A program made the position numbers and the translations under genes. Below are positions 1 through 10,080 of a DNA stretch of 64,000 nt, one piece after another. Positions within the stretch are counted from its first letter, which is position 1, and each line of letters starts with the position of its first letter. The notes under the pieces are model-generated. The model saw only the letters and a program-made list of their open reading frames with translations, did not search any database and was not told the origin of the DNA. This DNA is from Candidatus Levyibacteriota bacterium (GTDB lineage: Bacteria; Patescibacteriota; Microgenomatia; Levybacterales; UBA12049): the NCBI GenBank assembly GCA_963790825.1, contig CAWBPM010000003.1, positions 189,681 to 253,680 of the forward strand. The letters run 5' to 3'.

Positions 1-946
1 GGTATATTTCATTGGCAGTTTGCGGAGTTAAGACAAATTTTTTAATTTTTCCATCTTTATATTTAAAAAGCATTTGGATATCCGGACCTAAAACTTCATT
101 CCAATATCCATTTTCTAATTTTTCTTCAAGTAGTTTAAAATATTGCTCTATGTTTCCCTGAGGAATCTCGATTTTATAGATATTACCCTTCGTTTCAATT
201 ATTGTGATTCCGAGTTTTTCAAGATCTGAAGAGGAAATATTTTTTGTTCCCATCAGAAAGCTTATATAAAAATCTTTTTGCAATGTCCATTCAAATGTCC
301 TATTTATTTCGTCAAAATTATGACCATCAATGACGATAGTTTCAAATCCGAAAGCATTGAATCTTTTTTCATATTCCTCTGTCTGCCAACCAAACATCGT
401 TTCTTGGCTTTGGGCTAAGCGGTTAATATCGGCAATAACAATGAGATTGTTAAGCTTGTGGATCGAAGCAAAATTTGCCGCTTCCCACACTTGACCTTCC
501 GCAAGTTCTCCGTCTCCCAGCATTACATACGTCTTAAACCCCAGATTCTCCTGTTTGGCAAGATACGCAAGGCCGCATCCCACCGATAATCCTTGGCCCA
601 AAGATCCGGTTGCAGCGTCGGTATAAGGAAAACGTAATGTTGGATGTCCTTCTAACTGACTTCCGAATTTCCGTAGTGTTTTCAGATCTTCCATAGGTAT
701 TGCCCCACTCATGGCAAAAAGTGTATAAAAAAGTGGTGCAGCGTGACCTTTGGAAAGGATAAGCCTATCGTTATATTTATTAAGCGGGTTTTGGATGTCG
801 TAAGAAAAATACTTATCAAACAAAACAGTTGTCAAATCTGCTGCGGATAAACAAGAAGTCGGATGTCCTGACCCGGCTGTAGTAGTTGAAACCAGACACC
901 ACTTACGAATTAAGGTTGCTTTTTGCTTTAAATCAGTACTATCCAT
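1..946 (-). CDS. Transketolase N-terminal (TPP-binding) domain protein; partial, 3' end runs off the window start
   Basis: Start MDSTDLKQKATLIRKW, then ...GSGHPTSC...GDGELAEGQVWEA...VIDGHNFDEI, all transketolase PP-domain motifs. I confirmed the reading frame at positions 946, 598 and 300 and walked the last 40 codons to position 1 without a stop. The final ~100 aa are not recognisably transketolase-like. Confidence 0.75.
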   Translation of the reverse strand, partial: MDSTDLKQKATLIRKWCLVSTTTAGSGHPTSCLSAADLTTVLFDKYFSYDIQNPLNKYNDRLILSKGHAAPLFYTLFAMSGAIPMEDLKTLRKFGSQLEGHPTLRFPYTDAATGSLGQGLSVGCGLAYLAKQENLGFKTYVMLGDGELAEGQVWEAANFASIHKLNNLIVIADINRLAQSQETMFGWQTEEYEKRFNAFGFETIVIDGHNFDEINRTFEWTLQKDFYISFLMGTKNISSSDLEKLGITIIETKGNIYKIEIPQGNIEQYFKLLEEKLENGYWNEVLGPDIQMLFKYKDGKIKKFVLTPQTANEIY

Positions 947-1049
947 AGGCTAAATTATAGAATTATCTTATCACATGTCCAAGCTTTTCCATAGATAGCC
1001 TAGCGTTAATTGCATTTTTATACCTAAACCTCATATAATTTGGTAATAG

Positions 1050-2249
1050 ATGAATGCTCTGCCCAAAAAATTGCTTTTCATCAAACAGGAAAAGTTAATT
1101 GGTGCTTTACTGTTTGGAATACTAATTATTACTATTGCTACTTTTGGGTTTTTTAAATTATCTGCTGTAAATAATTCACTTCTTGCATCGAATGCTGATA
1201 TTATCAATCAACTTAGTCAGGCGCAGAAAGCGTATCAAAACCTTAAAAATCAGGATCAATATAAACGAAATGAAAAACTGCAGAGTGAAATGACGAGTAT
1301 TCACGACACCTATCAAAAAGCAATTGCTTCATATGAAGGCATTCAGGACCTTAAACTATCTGAAAAAACAGATACGCTCGATACACAGTTTGCTTCGATT
1401 CTGCAATTACTTTCCGATAAAAACTATGCATCTGCGGAAGCCGTACTTACTATGTTAGCTGCGCAAATTAAAACCGATAATGATAAAATTGCTGCTGCCC
1501 AAGCAGCTTCTTCAGTTGGTACTTCTACTACGAATGCGCCTTCGTCAAATGCACCGCCGGCAAGCGGATATAGCCTACAAAAAGTCCATACTGACAGTGG
1601 TGATTTTACTGTCGCAATTATTGCAGCAGATCTTAATACGACAAGGGTTATTGTCGATACGGCATCGGATAGTGACTGCTCAAATAATTGCCCCGTGTTG
1701 CCTTTGAGTACTTATGTAGCGCGTAACAGCGCGTTTGCCGGAATTAACGGTACGTATTTTTGTCCGAGTACATATCCAACTTGTGCAGGTAAAGCCAATT
1801 CTTTTGATCTTTTGGTTATGAATAAAAATAAACATTATTTCAACGCTGATAATAATGTTTACAGTACCAATCCTGCGGTTATTTTCTCAGGTAATTCTGC
1901 TCGCTTCGTCGGTCAAGCGCTTGAGTGGGGCCGCGATACCGGGGTGGATGCGGTTATTTCCAACTATCCGTTACTTATTTCAAATAATCAGATTGTCTAT
2001 AGCGATAGTTCTGATCCAAAATTTAATAGTAGTGGACCACGAGGTTTTGTCGGAGCAACCGGAAGTACAGTCTATATCGGTTTCGTCTATAATGCGACCA
2101 TGGGTGAAAGTGCAAAAGTTTTGCATGCTTTAAATATCACGAATGCCATGAATTTAGATGAGGGAGGATCAACTGCATTGTGGTCTGGCGGTTATAAAGC
2201 CGGACCCGGGCGAGATATTCCGAATGCGATTTTATTCGTCAGAAAATAA
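1050..2249 (+). CDS. Membrane-anchored secreted protein with a C-terminal phosphodiester glycosidase (NAGPA/DUF2233-like) domain
   Basis: N-terminal TM helix, then a coiled-coil/low-complexity region. C-terminal GINGTYF...NLDEGGSTALW pattern typical of the phosphodiester glycosidase family. Confidence 0.5.
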   Translation: MNALPKKLLFIKQEKLIGALLFGILIITIATFGFFKLSAVNNSLLASNADIINQLSQAQKAYQNLKNQDQYKRNEKLQSEMTSIHDTYQKAIASYEGIQDLKLSEKTDTLDTQFASILQLLSDKNYASAEAVLTMLAAQIKTDNDKIAAAQAASSVGTSTTNAPSSNAPPASGYSLQKVHTDSGDFTVAIIAADLNTTRVIVDTASDSDCSNNCPVLPLSTYVARNSAFAGINGTYFCPSTYPTCAGKANSFDLLVMNKNKHYFNADNNVYSTNPAVIFSGNSARFVGQALEWGRDTGVDAVISNYPLLISNNQIVYSDSSDPKFNSSGPRGFVGATGSTVYIGFVYNATMGESAKVLHALNITNAMNLDEGGSTALWSGGYKAGPGRDIPNAILFVRK

Positions 2250-2315
2250 CGATTACTTACAATCATTGACTACTTTCCTTCTCCTCACGTATAGTTTTAT
2301 ATAGGGGCATTATTT

Positions 2316-3608
2316 GTGCATATAAAACTTTTTTCTAAATCAGCCATTATTTTATTTTTACTAATACTAAGTGTTCCCCTCACCGTTCTTCTGCTGCAAA
2401 AACAACAAACAGTAGGGACAAAAGCCCAATCAGGAGGACCGAGCGTTTATACCGGTGTTTATGCTCAGGATTGGGATTCTGTTCTAGGATTTGAAAAAGA
2501 CAGCGGGAAGCCGGTTTCGATCGTGATGCAGTTTTATACCTGGACAGAGGGAAATTTTCCGACGGATTACATGAATACTGTTCGAAATCATGGTTCAATT
2601 CCCCTAATCTCATGGGAATCATATGACTCAAACAACTCCGACGCGACAAGCTGGAAAAATATTGCAAGCGGGAGTTATGATTCATATATTACTCAATGGG
2701 CAATTGATTCTCGAAATTGGGGACACCCGTATTTTCTGCGTCTTGATTGGGAAATGAATGGATTTTGGGATCCTTACGCGAAAGATGCCGCAGATTACGT
2801 TCCAATGTGGCAGCATGTGCATGATATCTTTACAAAAAACGGCGCGACAAATGTTACCTGGGTATGGTGTCCAAATGTTGATAGTTATTCTACACAGCCG
2901 CTTGACCAATTCTACCCGGGGTCTTCATATACAGATTGGGTCTGTATGGACGCTTATAATTTTGGTAATACGCAATCTTGGAGTTCCTGGACATCATTTT
3001 CAGATCTTTTTGCGGAAACGTATAACCATCTACTTCGCCTTGCACCCGGTAAGCCGATTATGATTGCCGAGGTCGGCTCTGCCGAAGGAGGCGGATCCAA
3101 AGCAGATTGGATCAGCGATACTTTTTCAAATCAGTTGCCCAATTCATTCCCCAATATAAAAGCTTTTATATGGTTTAATCTGAGTAAAGAAACGGACTGG
3201 CGGATAGAATCATCGCAGGCTTCGCAAAACGCATACGCGAGCGCTATGGCTACCTCTTATTATTCCTCATATTATTATTCCGGGTTATCTACCTCTCCCA
3301 TTCCATACTTAGGATCTTTGAGCAGTCAAACCGCACGAGTTGTTCCACTTATCACAAATACGCCTACACCGACTGCAACACCTACTCAAACACCAACAAC
3401 CACACCTTTTCCTACTAAACCGCTTCCGAAGGTGACAGCTCCTTTAGTAAGCTGTTCACAAGCGAACCTTTTCTGCAGCGGAAAAAATCAACTATTGGTA
3501 TTTGGAGGCGGACTGGTTGCTTTGATTGCAATAATATTTATTTTGAAGCAATCTCTTTATCCCACACATAAGTGGTCAAAAGTAAATAAGAAACAGAAGC
3601 GAAAATAA
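2316..3608 (+). CDS. Glycoside hydrolase (GH26/mannanase-like) with Thr/Pro-rich linker and C-terminal hydrophobic anchor
   Basis: Signal/TM at N-terminus. LRLDWEMNGFWDP and WVWCPN motifs resemble GH26 catalytic motifs. TPTPTATPTQTPTTTP linker, then C-terminal TM helix plus KR-rich tail. Confidence 0.5.
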   Translation: MHIKLFSKSAIILFLLILSVPLTVLLLQKQQTVGTKAQSGGPSVYTGVYAQDWDSVLGFEKDSGKPVSIVMQFYTWTEGNFPTDYMNTVRNHGSIPLISWESYDSNNSDATSWKNIASGSYDSYITQWAIDSRNWGHPYFLRLDWEMNGFWDPYAKDAADYVPMWQHVHDIFTKNGATNVTWVWCPNVDSYSTQPLDQFYPGSSYTDWVCMDAYNFGNTQSWSSWTSFSDLFAETYNHLLRLAPGKPIMIAEVGSAEGGGSKADWISDTFSNQLPNSFPNIKAFIWFNLSKETDWRIESSQASQNAYASAMATSYYSSYYYSGLSTSPIPYLGSLSSQTARVVPLITNTPTPTATPTQTPTTTPFPTKPLPKVTAPLVSCSQANLFCSGKNQLLVFGGGLVALIAIIFILKQSLYPTHKWSKVNKKQKRK

Positions 3609-3634
3609 AAGTTTATAACAATGCAGTAATACTA

Positions 3635-4639
3635 TCACTTGGGTAATATCACAGAGTCGTTTTTTACCGAGAGATATTTTTTATTAAGGGTAAAGGCATA
3701 ATATCCAACACCAATTAACGTAATTCCGCATATCACTAGCGAGAATGGCCATCCTAGTGTGCCGCTAAAATATTCACTAGTAATTTTCAATATATAAGCC
3801 ATAAGAAAAATCGTCCCGAATACAAGAAATGATTTGCTTTTCAAGTGGACACTTAAGAATAACACAACAAAGACGAGACCAGGAAATACCAGCTCCCATA
3901 AAACATCTTGTGATGGTTTCCAACCTCCCAATGCGAGCGCCGCTCCGAGAAAAAAGAGGGATCCGAATCCGTATAATCCTTCTGTAAGTTCTTTTTGCTC
4001 TGTAGAAGACAGATAATACCCAAGTAAAACGTAAGACAGACCAACCATGAGAAATCTGTATTCATAAAATTTGATATCTGCAAAATAAGGATTTGAACCA
4101 ATAAGAAAACTAGTAAAACTAAAGAAAAACCAGGTTGCAAAGGCAATCGCAAAAAAGGTGAAGATCGGTTTTTTAAAGACGTAATAAGAAGATAGATACA
4201 TGAGAAAAAGTATTCCTGAAATGAGACTTTGAGAACCGGCACTAGCTGTATTGAATCCTGCTTGATCAAAAATTACATATAATCCAAGTGGAAGAAGGAG
4301 TGCTGCGATAAGATGAAATGCATACCCGACTGCTCCGTACTTTTCTTCTTTATTTAACATAACACCAATAAAGTAAGCGGTAACTCCAAACACGAAAGTT
4401 GTCAGAATTTTTGTAAACGGATTTAATGTAGTCCAGTTCTGCCCAATTAATATGGCAATTCCCACAAACACAATGAAAGCACCGATAAAATATAAAACTT
4501 CAGACAAGTCGATATCTCGCGATAATATGATGGATTTTTTCTCTTTCCCGTTTTCAAATGCTTGTATTACTTCGTCCTTGGTTATCAGGTTTTGCGCAGA
4601 GAATGTCGTAAGAGAAGATAATAATTCTTGTTTTTCCAT
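3635..4639 (-). CDS. Polytopic integral membrane protein, function unknown
   Basis: About 8 predicted hydrophobic helices across 334 aa. Tightly coupled (4-nt gap) to the upstream gene 4643-5149. Confidence 0.5.
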   Translation of the reverse strand: MEKQELLSSLTTFSAQNLITKDEVIQAFENGKEKKSIILSRDIDLSEVLYFIGAFIVFVGIAILIGQNWTTLNPFTKILTTFVFGVTAYFIGVMLNKEEKYGAVGYAFHLIAALLLPLGLYVIFDQAGFNTASAGSQSLISGILFLMYLSSYYVFKKPIFTFFAIAFATWFFFSFTSFLIGSNPYFADIKFYEYRFLMVGLSYVLLGYYLSSTEQKELTEGLYGFGSLFFLGAALALGGWKPSQDVLWELVFPGLVFVVLFLSVHLKSKSFLVFGTIFLMAYILKITSEYFSGTLGWPFSLVICGITLIGVGYYAFTLNKKYLSVKNDSVILPK

Positions 4640-4642
4640 ATT

Positions 4643-5149
4643 CTATTGCATTATCCAACCGAGAAAATGAATTGAATCATAATAGCTTGTGTTATTATTT
4701 TTTATATTGAGTTTTTTACTCGTATTATGTCCGACGAGATACTCAGCGCTATAATCTCTACTATACCAGAAAAATGGGAAAAATCCATCATTTTGATTTC
4801 CACTTTCTAATGTATATCCATCGGGAGATTCAGCCGATGAATCAAGCGTAAGATTTTCTGCATTATCAAGAGTAACTGGCGTGCTTTCATTTGTCACAGC
4901 ATTATGAATATAAAGCTGCGGGTTCGATACATTATTCGGATAATAAGCATATTGAGGATTTACCGTAACGTGATTATTACTAACCGAATAGACTTGACTT
5001 GGGTAATAATCACCACCAATGCTATAGAGGAAGTTATATTTCGGTTGAAGAAAAAGTCCCGGGATATAAATACTGATTGCAACGAATAAGATCATCACGA
5101 TCGGTATTGCAAAACCAAGAATAAGAGGAAGATTCTTTTTCGAAATCAT
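4643..5149 (-). CDS. Membrane-anchored hypothetical protein
   Basis: Single N-terminal TM helix (LILGFAIPIVMILFVAISIYI). No recognisable domain. Confidence 0.4.
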   Translation of the reverse strand: MISKKNLPLILGFAIPIVMILFVAISIYIPGLFLQPKYNFLYSIGGDYYPSQVYSVSNNHVTVNPQYAYYPNNVSNPQLYIHNAVTNESTPVTLDNAENLTLDSSAESPDGYTLESGNQNDGFFPFFWYSRDYSAEYLVGHNTSKKLNIKNNNTSYYDSIHFLGWIMQ

Positions 5150-5291
5150 ACAATGAACGATAAACTCATCCTTAGTATTCCACGAAGCGGTTTTATTGTC
5201 AACATTAGGCTGTAGCCTGCAGTAACTATAAAGATCTAGATAAGAGAATTATTGACTTTGGTTAATACAAGAATCTGATTGGGATAGTGGT

Positions 5292-5355
5292 ATTTTTTAT
5301 CCTTCGACTTTGCTTAGGACTGCGCTAAGTTTAATTTGGAAAATGACAGCGCTTG
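5292..5355 (-). repeat. 64-bp copy of the secA 3' end (last 8 codons KRCHFPN* plus 39 nt of 3' flank); direct repeat of 18326-18389
   Basis: 60 of 64 nt identical to 18326-18389. The reverse complement reads aag cgc tgt cat ttt cca aat taa. An in-frame TAG lies just upstream, so it is only a gene-end remnant. Confidence 0.85.
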
Positions 5356-5414
5356 AAATGCTAGTCAGGTAGGGTACCTCACGTTAATTGGTTGAATTTG
5401 TTATGAACTGGTAT

Positions 5415-6071
5415 TTAATAGTGCTCTTCCAGATTAATGATGGCCAACTCTTTTAAATACTTTTCAGTTTTTTGTTTTTTTACCCATGTTTGCAAATAGT
5501 TTTTATCAAGATTTTTTTCTTGAATTTGATAAACAAAGGCTGCATCGATGAGATGTTTTTCAATTTTTGAGTCTTTATACCACAAAAGTTTAATAAGAAT
5601 TGTATCCTCTGCACTAGCAAAAGTCATTGACTGACCGAAAACATTGATGTTTTTTCTTCTTTTAAATCGGGATATATCAAATTCACTATGTGTCAACAAC
5701 CAAAAATCCAGCTTCAGCATTGTTGGAAGATGCAAGACATTAAATTGGAATTTATTATTAACAGCATCTTCGATCATTGACGTATCAACCATAAATTCAC
5801 TAAGAGGTAGAGATAAAAATGTTTGCTTTATACGTTCAATATCCTTTTTTTCTGCTTCAATGATAAAATCAATATCGTGTGAGGCTCGTGGTCTTCCATA
5901 AAAGATTACACTTAGGGAACCTGTAACCATATAGGGAATTTTTGCACCCTGTAAAAGCGAGGTAATATCTTTAAGCAGTTGCTCTTGTCCAAGATCTTTT
6001 CTGTGTCTTGCCATATTTTTTACCTTCTTCGCGAAGTTTTTTGACAAAGCAATTAAGACGGAAAGCCACAC
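5415..6071 (-). CDS. Pol-beta superfamily nucleotidyltransferase (minimal NTase fold)
   Basis: GSLSVIFYGRPRASHDIDFII matches the GS...hD[IL]D nucleotidyltransferase signature. The true start may be the internal MARHRK (about 6014). Confidence 0.55.
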   Translation of the reverse strand: MWLSVLIALSKNFAKKVKNMARHRKDLGQEQLLKDITSLLQGAKIPYMVTGSLSVIFYGRPRASHDIDFIIEAEKKDIERIKQTFLSLPLSEFMVDTSMIEDAVNNKFQFNVLHLPTMLKLDFWLLTHSEFDISRFKRRKNINVFGQSMTFASAEDTILIKLLWYKDSKIEKHLIDAAFVYQIQEKNLDKNYLQTWVKKQKTEKYLKELAIINLEEHY

Positions 6072-6171
6072 GCAACTTCTCTTCGGGTTTTTGTTTGGCG
6101 AGAAGATGAAGTATATCCTTAAATGAATAACGAACAGTCGTTCTTTGCATATTTCTCTCTGATATTACCAT
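5971..6171 (-). CDS. Small basic ORF overlapping the 5' end of the NTase gene; possible partner/regulator
   Basis: 66-aa ORF with K/R-rich C-terminus. Overlaps the annotated NTase start by about 100 nt. No homology recognised. Confidence 0.2.
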   Translation of the reverse strand: MVISERNMQRTTVRYSFKDILHLLAKQKPEEKLRVAFRLNCFVKKLREEGKKYGKTQKRSWTRATA

Positions 6172-6234
6172 ACTTCAAACGTATTATCTAGAAGATAAAA
6201 AGGGTGTATCATATGATGATGTAACTTGATATAG

Positions 6235-7029
6235 TTATGCTTTCTTTGCAACCAAAACGATTCTATGTCTTGGCAAATTTATTCCTTTTTCCGTTTGAAA
6301 CTTTTCTACATATTCTTCTAAGTATTTTCTATCTTTTTCCGAATCATAATCTTCGAAGATAGGAACTCCTTGCAAAAAAGTATCTAAATCTTTGTAAGAA
6401 AGATAATATTCGTTGTAATGAAAATCTTGGGCATAAACAATCTTAAAGCCTGCTTTTTTAGTATCCTCAACATCTCTATCTAAAACTGAATTATCCCATT
6501 TTCCGTAATTTTGCCCTCTTCCGAAAATAACCTTAATGTCTTTTGTATCTTTTTCTCCTATATCTATAGATAAAAAATATCCTCCGGGTTTTAGCATTTT
6601 ATAGAATAACTGATAAATGAGAACAGCTCTTCTTGCATAAATAATGTCAAAATAATTTTTAGGATAGTTTAATTCACGCGTATTTTTTTCAATAAACTCG
6701 ACATTTTTTATCCCTTTTTCTTTTTGAAGTTTTCTTGCTGCATTTAACATTAATCTTGAGGTATCATTGCCAATTACTTTTTTAAAATGTGGCGCAATTT
6801 CAAGAGTAAATCTTCCGTCTCCACACCCAGCATCCAAAACAACTTTTTCTTTCCAGCTTAGCCCTGCCAGTTTTTCTTTAAAAATTTCTTCGGGTGCACC
6901 TGATCGAAACTCCTGAATATATTGTGCAGGATTGGAATAATTTCCAAACTTTTTTGCTACTTTATCATAAAAATCTTGTGCCATATGAGAAATTATAGCA
7001 CTTTTAGCTTTTAAGAGGCTTAATCCCAA
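6235..7029 (-). CDS. Class I SAM-dependent methyltransferase (paralog of 27051-27800)
   Basis: VLDAGCGDGRFT motif I. About 65% identical to the product of 27051-27800 over its full length. Confidence 0.7.
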   Translation of the reverse strand: MGLSLLKAKSAIISHMAQDFYDKVAKKFGNYSNPAQYIQEFRSGAPEEIFKEKLAGLSWKEKVVLDAGCGDGRFTLEIAPHFKKVIGNDTSRLMLNAARKLQKEKGIKNVEFIEKNTRELNYPKNYFDIIYARRAVLIYQLFYKMLKPGGYFLSIDIGEKDTKDIKVIFGRGQNYGKWDNSVLDRDVEDTKKAGFKIVYAQDFHYNEYYLSYKDLDTFLQGVPIFEDYDSEKDRKYLEEYVEKFQTEKGINLPRHRIVLVAKKA

Positions 7030-7148
7030 TTGCGTAAATTCCGTTTTTCTTTATTCCATCCGCATATTCTGTATGAGAATTATCATATCATGTTACAAAT
7101 AATATTATCTAACCTATAGTTTACTTTTGGCCATTTCTGTGGTACAAT

Positions 7149-8954
7149 TTGCACAAGCTTATGCCAATCGAAAGAGAATACATAAAAACTAGTTTAGACC
7201 TACAATCAGCACCCGATAATATTGCTGTATTCACTGGCTGGCCTTACGCAAATGGACCAAGACATTTGGGGCACGGTGCAGCATTGCTAATGGGAGATGT
7301 ATTATCAAGATATTATAGAGCGAGAGGCTCAAATGTTTTAATGGTGAGTGGTACCGATGAGTACGGAACACCGAATCAAATCGCTGCAGAAAAAAGAGGC
7401 GTAAGTACACAAACTTATGTTGATGAAATGAGTCAGGTAATTAGAAATGATTTTAAAGAATTGGGAATGAGCTTTGATCATTTTAGTAGAACTACATCTA
7501 AGGAACATCAAAAAGTAGCTAGATCATTTTTCGTAGACTTACTTGAAAAAGGTTATATAACCGAGGGAGAAATGAAAACGGCATATGATTCTTTAACCAA
7601 TAGATCTTTACCCGATAGATATGTAGAAGGAATATGCCCACACTGTAAATATTCTGAGGCTAGGGGAGATCAATGTGATTCATGCGGAAATCTATTAGAT
7701 TCATTTGAATTAATAAACCCAAAATCAAAATTAACCAACAATCAAGTGCTTTTTAAAGATTCGCCTCAGTTATTTTTAAGGCTAGATTTACTTGGAGATC
7801 AGATAAAAAAATGGGTTATGGGTCAAAAAGATTGGAGAGCAAACGCAAAAAATCAAGCCTTAGGTATGGTAGATGATCTTAAAGCCAGATCTATTTCTAG
7901 AGATTTAGATTGGGGCATTCCAATTCCCGATGATGTTTTAAATGGAAAATATAGCGATAAAGTATTATATGTTTGGTTCGAGGCTGTTATAGGATATCTT
8001 TCTGCTTCAATGGAATGGGCAAAAGCAAAAGGAAACCCAGAGGAATGGAAAGATTGGTGGAAAAATCCACAAGCGAAACATTTCTATGCGATAGGAAAAG
8101 ATAATATCCCATTTCACACAGTAGTATGGCCTGGAATGTTAATGGGGCATAATGAAGGGTCTGAATCCCCTCTTCATCTACCTGATCAAATCGTGAGTGC
8201 TGAATATTTAACCTACGGGTCAGAAAAATTTAGCAGTAGTAGAGAGAATACATTGTTCATTAAAGATGCGCTTAAGTTATTAGATCCTGATGTACTTAGG
8301 TATTATTTAGTATCCGCTGGACCTGAAACAAAAGATGCGGAATTTAGCTTAGAAGAACTAGTTCGCAGAAACAATGAGGAATTAGTTTCTACATGGGGTA
8401 ATTTAGTAAATAGGGTTTTAACTTTTTCTTATAAGCATTTTGGTTCTGTCCCTACGCCTGATAGTATTCTTCCCCCTGAAGATCAACAGCTCCTTCAAGA
8501 ATTATGGAAAGGTTTTGAAACAACCGGATCTTTAATCAAACAGACTAAATTTAAGGCTGGGTTATCCAGTTTTATGGTAATGGCAAAAAATGTTAATAGA
8601 TTCTTAAATGAAAAAAAACCTTGGGAAAGTATAAAAACTAATCGATCGGATGCAGCTACTACAATGTTTACAGCTTTAAATGCAGTAGATATTCTTGCAT
8701 CAATTGCTTCTCCATTTTTGCCATTTAGTAGCGATAAAATTTTGAGTTATTTAGGATATGATAATGGGATAAAAGGAGAAATCATCGAAGATCAAATAGA
8801 CATTGAGGGAAATATAATTGATGTTTTAAAAGGAAATTATAATCTATCAAAAGGATTTTGGACTCCAAGTAGATTAACTCCGGGTCAAAAATTAAGAGAG
8901 CCAAAAATACTTTTTCAAATATTAGATGTTAATCAACTTAAGCAATCAATTTAA
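7149..8954 (+). CDS. metG: Methionyl-tRNA synthetase, paralog 1 (KMSKS motif reads KFSSS)
   Basis: PYANGPRHLGHG (HIGH motif), zinc knuckle CPHCKYSEARGDQCDSCG, LPDRYVEG, YVWFEAVIGYLSAS. The KMSKS position reads EKFSSSR. A TGGTACAAT extended -10 box lies 12 nt upstream. Confidence 0.85.
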   Translation: MHKLMPIEREYIKTSLDLQSAPDNIAVFTGWPYANGPRHLGHGAALLMGDVLSRYYRARGSNVLMVSGTDEYGTPNQIAAEKRGVSTQTYVDEMSQVIRNDFKELGMSFDHFSRTTSKEHQKVARSFFVDLLEKGYITEGEMKTAYDSLTNRSLPDRYVEGICPHCKYSEARGDQCDSCGNLLDSFELINPKSKLTNNQVLFKDSPQLFLRLDLLGDQIKKWVMGQKDWRANAKNQALGMVDDLKARSISRDLDWGIPIPDDVLNGKYSDKVLYVWFEAVIGYLSASMEWAKAKGNPEEWKDWWKNPQAKHFYAIGKDNIPFHTVVWPGMLMGHNEGSESPLHLPDQIVSAEYLTYGSEKFSSSRENTLFIKDALKLLDPDVLRYYLVSAGPETKDAEFSLEELVRRNNEELVSTWGNLVNRVLTFSYKHFGSVPTPDSILPPEDQQLLQELWKGFETTGSLIKQTKFKAGLSSFMVMAKNVNRFLNEKKPWESIKTNRSDAATTMFTALNAVDILASIASPFLPFSSDKILSYLGYDNGIKGEIIEDQIDIEGNIIDVLKGNYNLSKGFWTPSRLTPGQKLREPKILFQILDVNQLKQSI

Positions 8955-9049
8955 ATAAGTTTCATGATTATATCGCGAAAGTTAAGAATATATAAAAAAT
9001 CTTTCAATGCATATTTATTGCATGTCATAAGTATCTAGAAATATAAAAT

Positions 9050-10069
9050 ATGAAAATAATTGATTATTCCCAAAACTTTAACGCAATAATTAATAAAAAC
9101 AAGATCAAAAAAGCTTTAGAAATAAGCTGTCAACAATTATTTAGTTATCCTCATAAAGATAAAAAAGAATTAACTAAAGTAATAGCAAAAAGTTTAAAAT
9201 TGCCTGAGAAGTCAATCACAATAGGAAATGGAGCAACAGAAATTATATTTACACTCCCACGGTTTTTTGATAACAAAAATATATTAATTTTATCACCAAG
9301 TTTTTGGGAATATAGTGCCGCAAATATGATAGATAAAAATAACAATATCGACTTTCATATTTTGAAAGAGGCTGATAATTTCCAATTAAACTTTACTGAA
9401 TTTGAAAGCAAAATAAAAAATTTTTCAACAATATATCTATGTAATCCGAATAATCCTACTTCTACCCTGATTGACAAAACAAAGCTTTTACATATAATCA
9501 AAAAAAAGACTAAATCTATTTTTATTGTCGACGAAACATATCTAATTTTTCGCGAAGACTTTAAAGAACATTCACTTATTAAAGAAGCTATTTCTCTAAA
9601 TAATCTCTATATAGTTATATCATTTTCTAAGTTTTTTTCTATACCAGGCTTAAGAATTGGGATATTAATATCTAAACCAAAAAATATAGAAAAATTTAAT
9701 AAAATTACGATCCCTTATTTGATAAACCCTATGGCAGAAATAATAATTCCTTATTTATTAAAACAAAAGCGGTTTATTGAAAAAACCAAAAAATTTTATT
9801 CAAAACAAAGAGTTAAGGCTTATAAACTTTTTTTAAATAACTTTAACGGAAAATTAAAAATCTTTAAGCCAGAGGCTAACTTTATACTGGTTAAAATATT
9901 AACCCAAAAAACAAGTCAAGAAGTAGTTGCTAAGCTAAAAAAGAATGGAATAATCCTAAGAGATGGTTCAAGATTTAAAAATCTTGGTTACAAATGGCTT
10001 AGAATCGCAATTCGAACAGACGAGGAAATGTTAATTCTTATTAAAAATTTGAAAAGAATAATTGAATAA
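9050..10069 (+). CDS. Class I/II (HisC/CobD-like) PLP-dependent aminotransferase/decarboxylase-fold enzyme
   Basis: NPNNPTS motif and SFSKFFSIPGLRIGI (PLP-lysine motif). The 339-aa size fits the CobD/HisC subfamily. Very AT-rich coding sequence. Confidence 0.6.
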   Translation: MKIIDYSQNFNAIINKNKIKKALEISCQQLFSYPHKDKKELTKVIAKSLKLPEKSITIGNGATEIIFTLPRFFDNKNILILSPSFWEYSAANMIDKNNNIDFHILKEADNFQLNFTEFESKIKNFSTIYLCNPNNPTSTLIDKTKLLHIIKKKTKSIFIVDETYLIFREDFKEHSLIKEAISLNNLYIVISFSKFFSIPGLRIGILISKPKNIEKFNKITIPYLINPMAEIIIPYLLKQKRFIEKTKKFYSKQRVKAYKLFLNNFNGKLKIFKPEANFILVKILTQKTSQEVVAKLKKNGIILRDGSRFKNLGYKWLRIAIRTDEEMLILIKNLKRIIE

Positions 10070-10080
10070 TTCTTCTATTT

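Noticed and set aside
1480-2133. Short ORFs nested inside or antisense to larger genes throughout the six-frame track (e.g. 1480-1707, 1855-2133, 19004-20334, 30124-31718, 43592-44851, 50656-52004)
   Set aside because: They overlap well-supported conserved genes on the same or opposite strand, are low-complexity, and show no motifs. Treated as frame artefacts.
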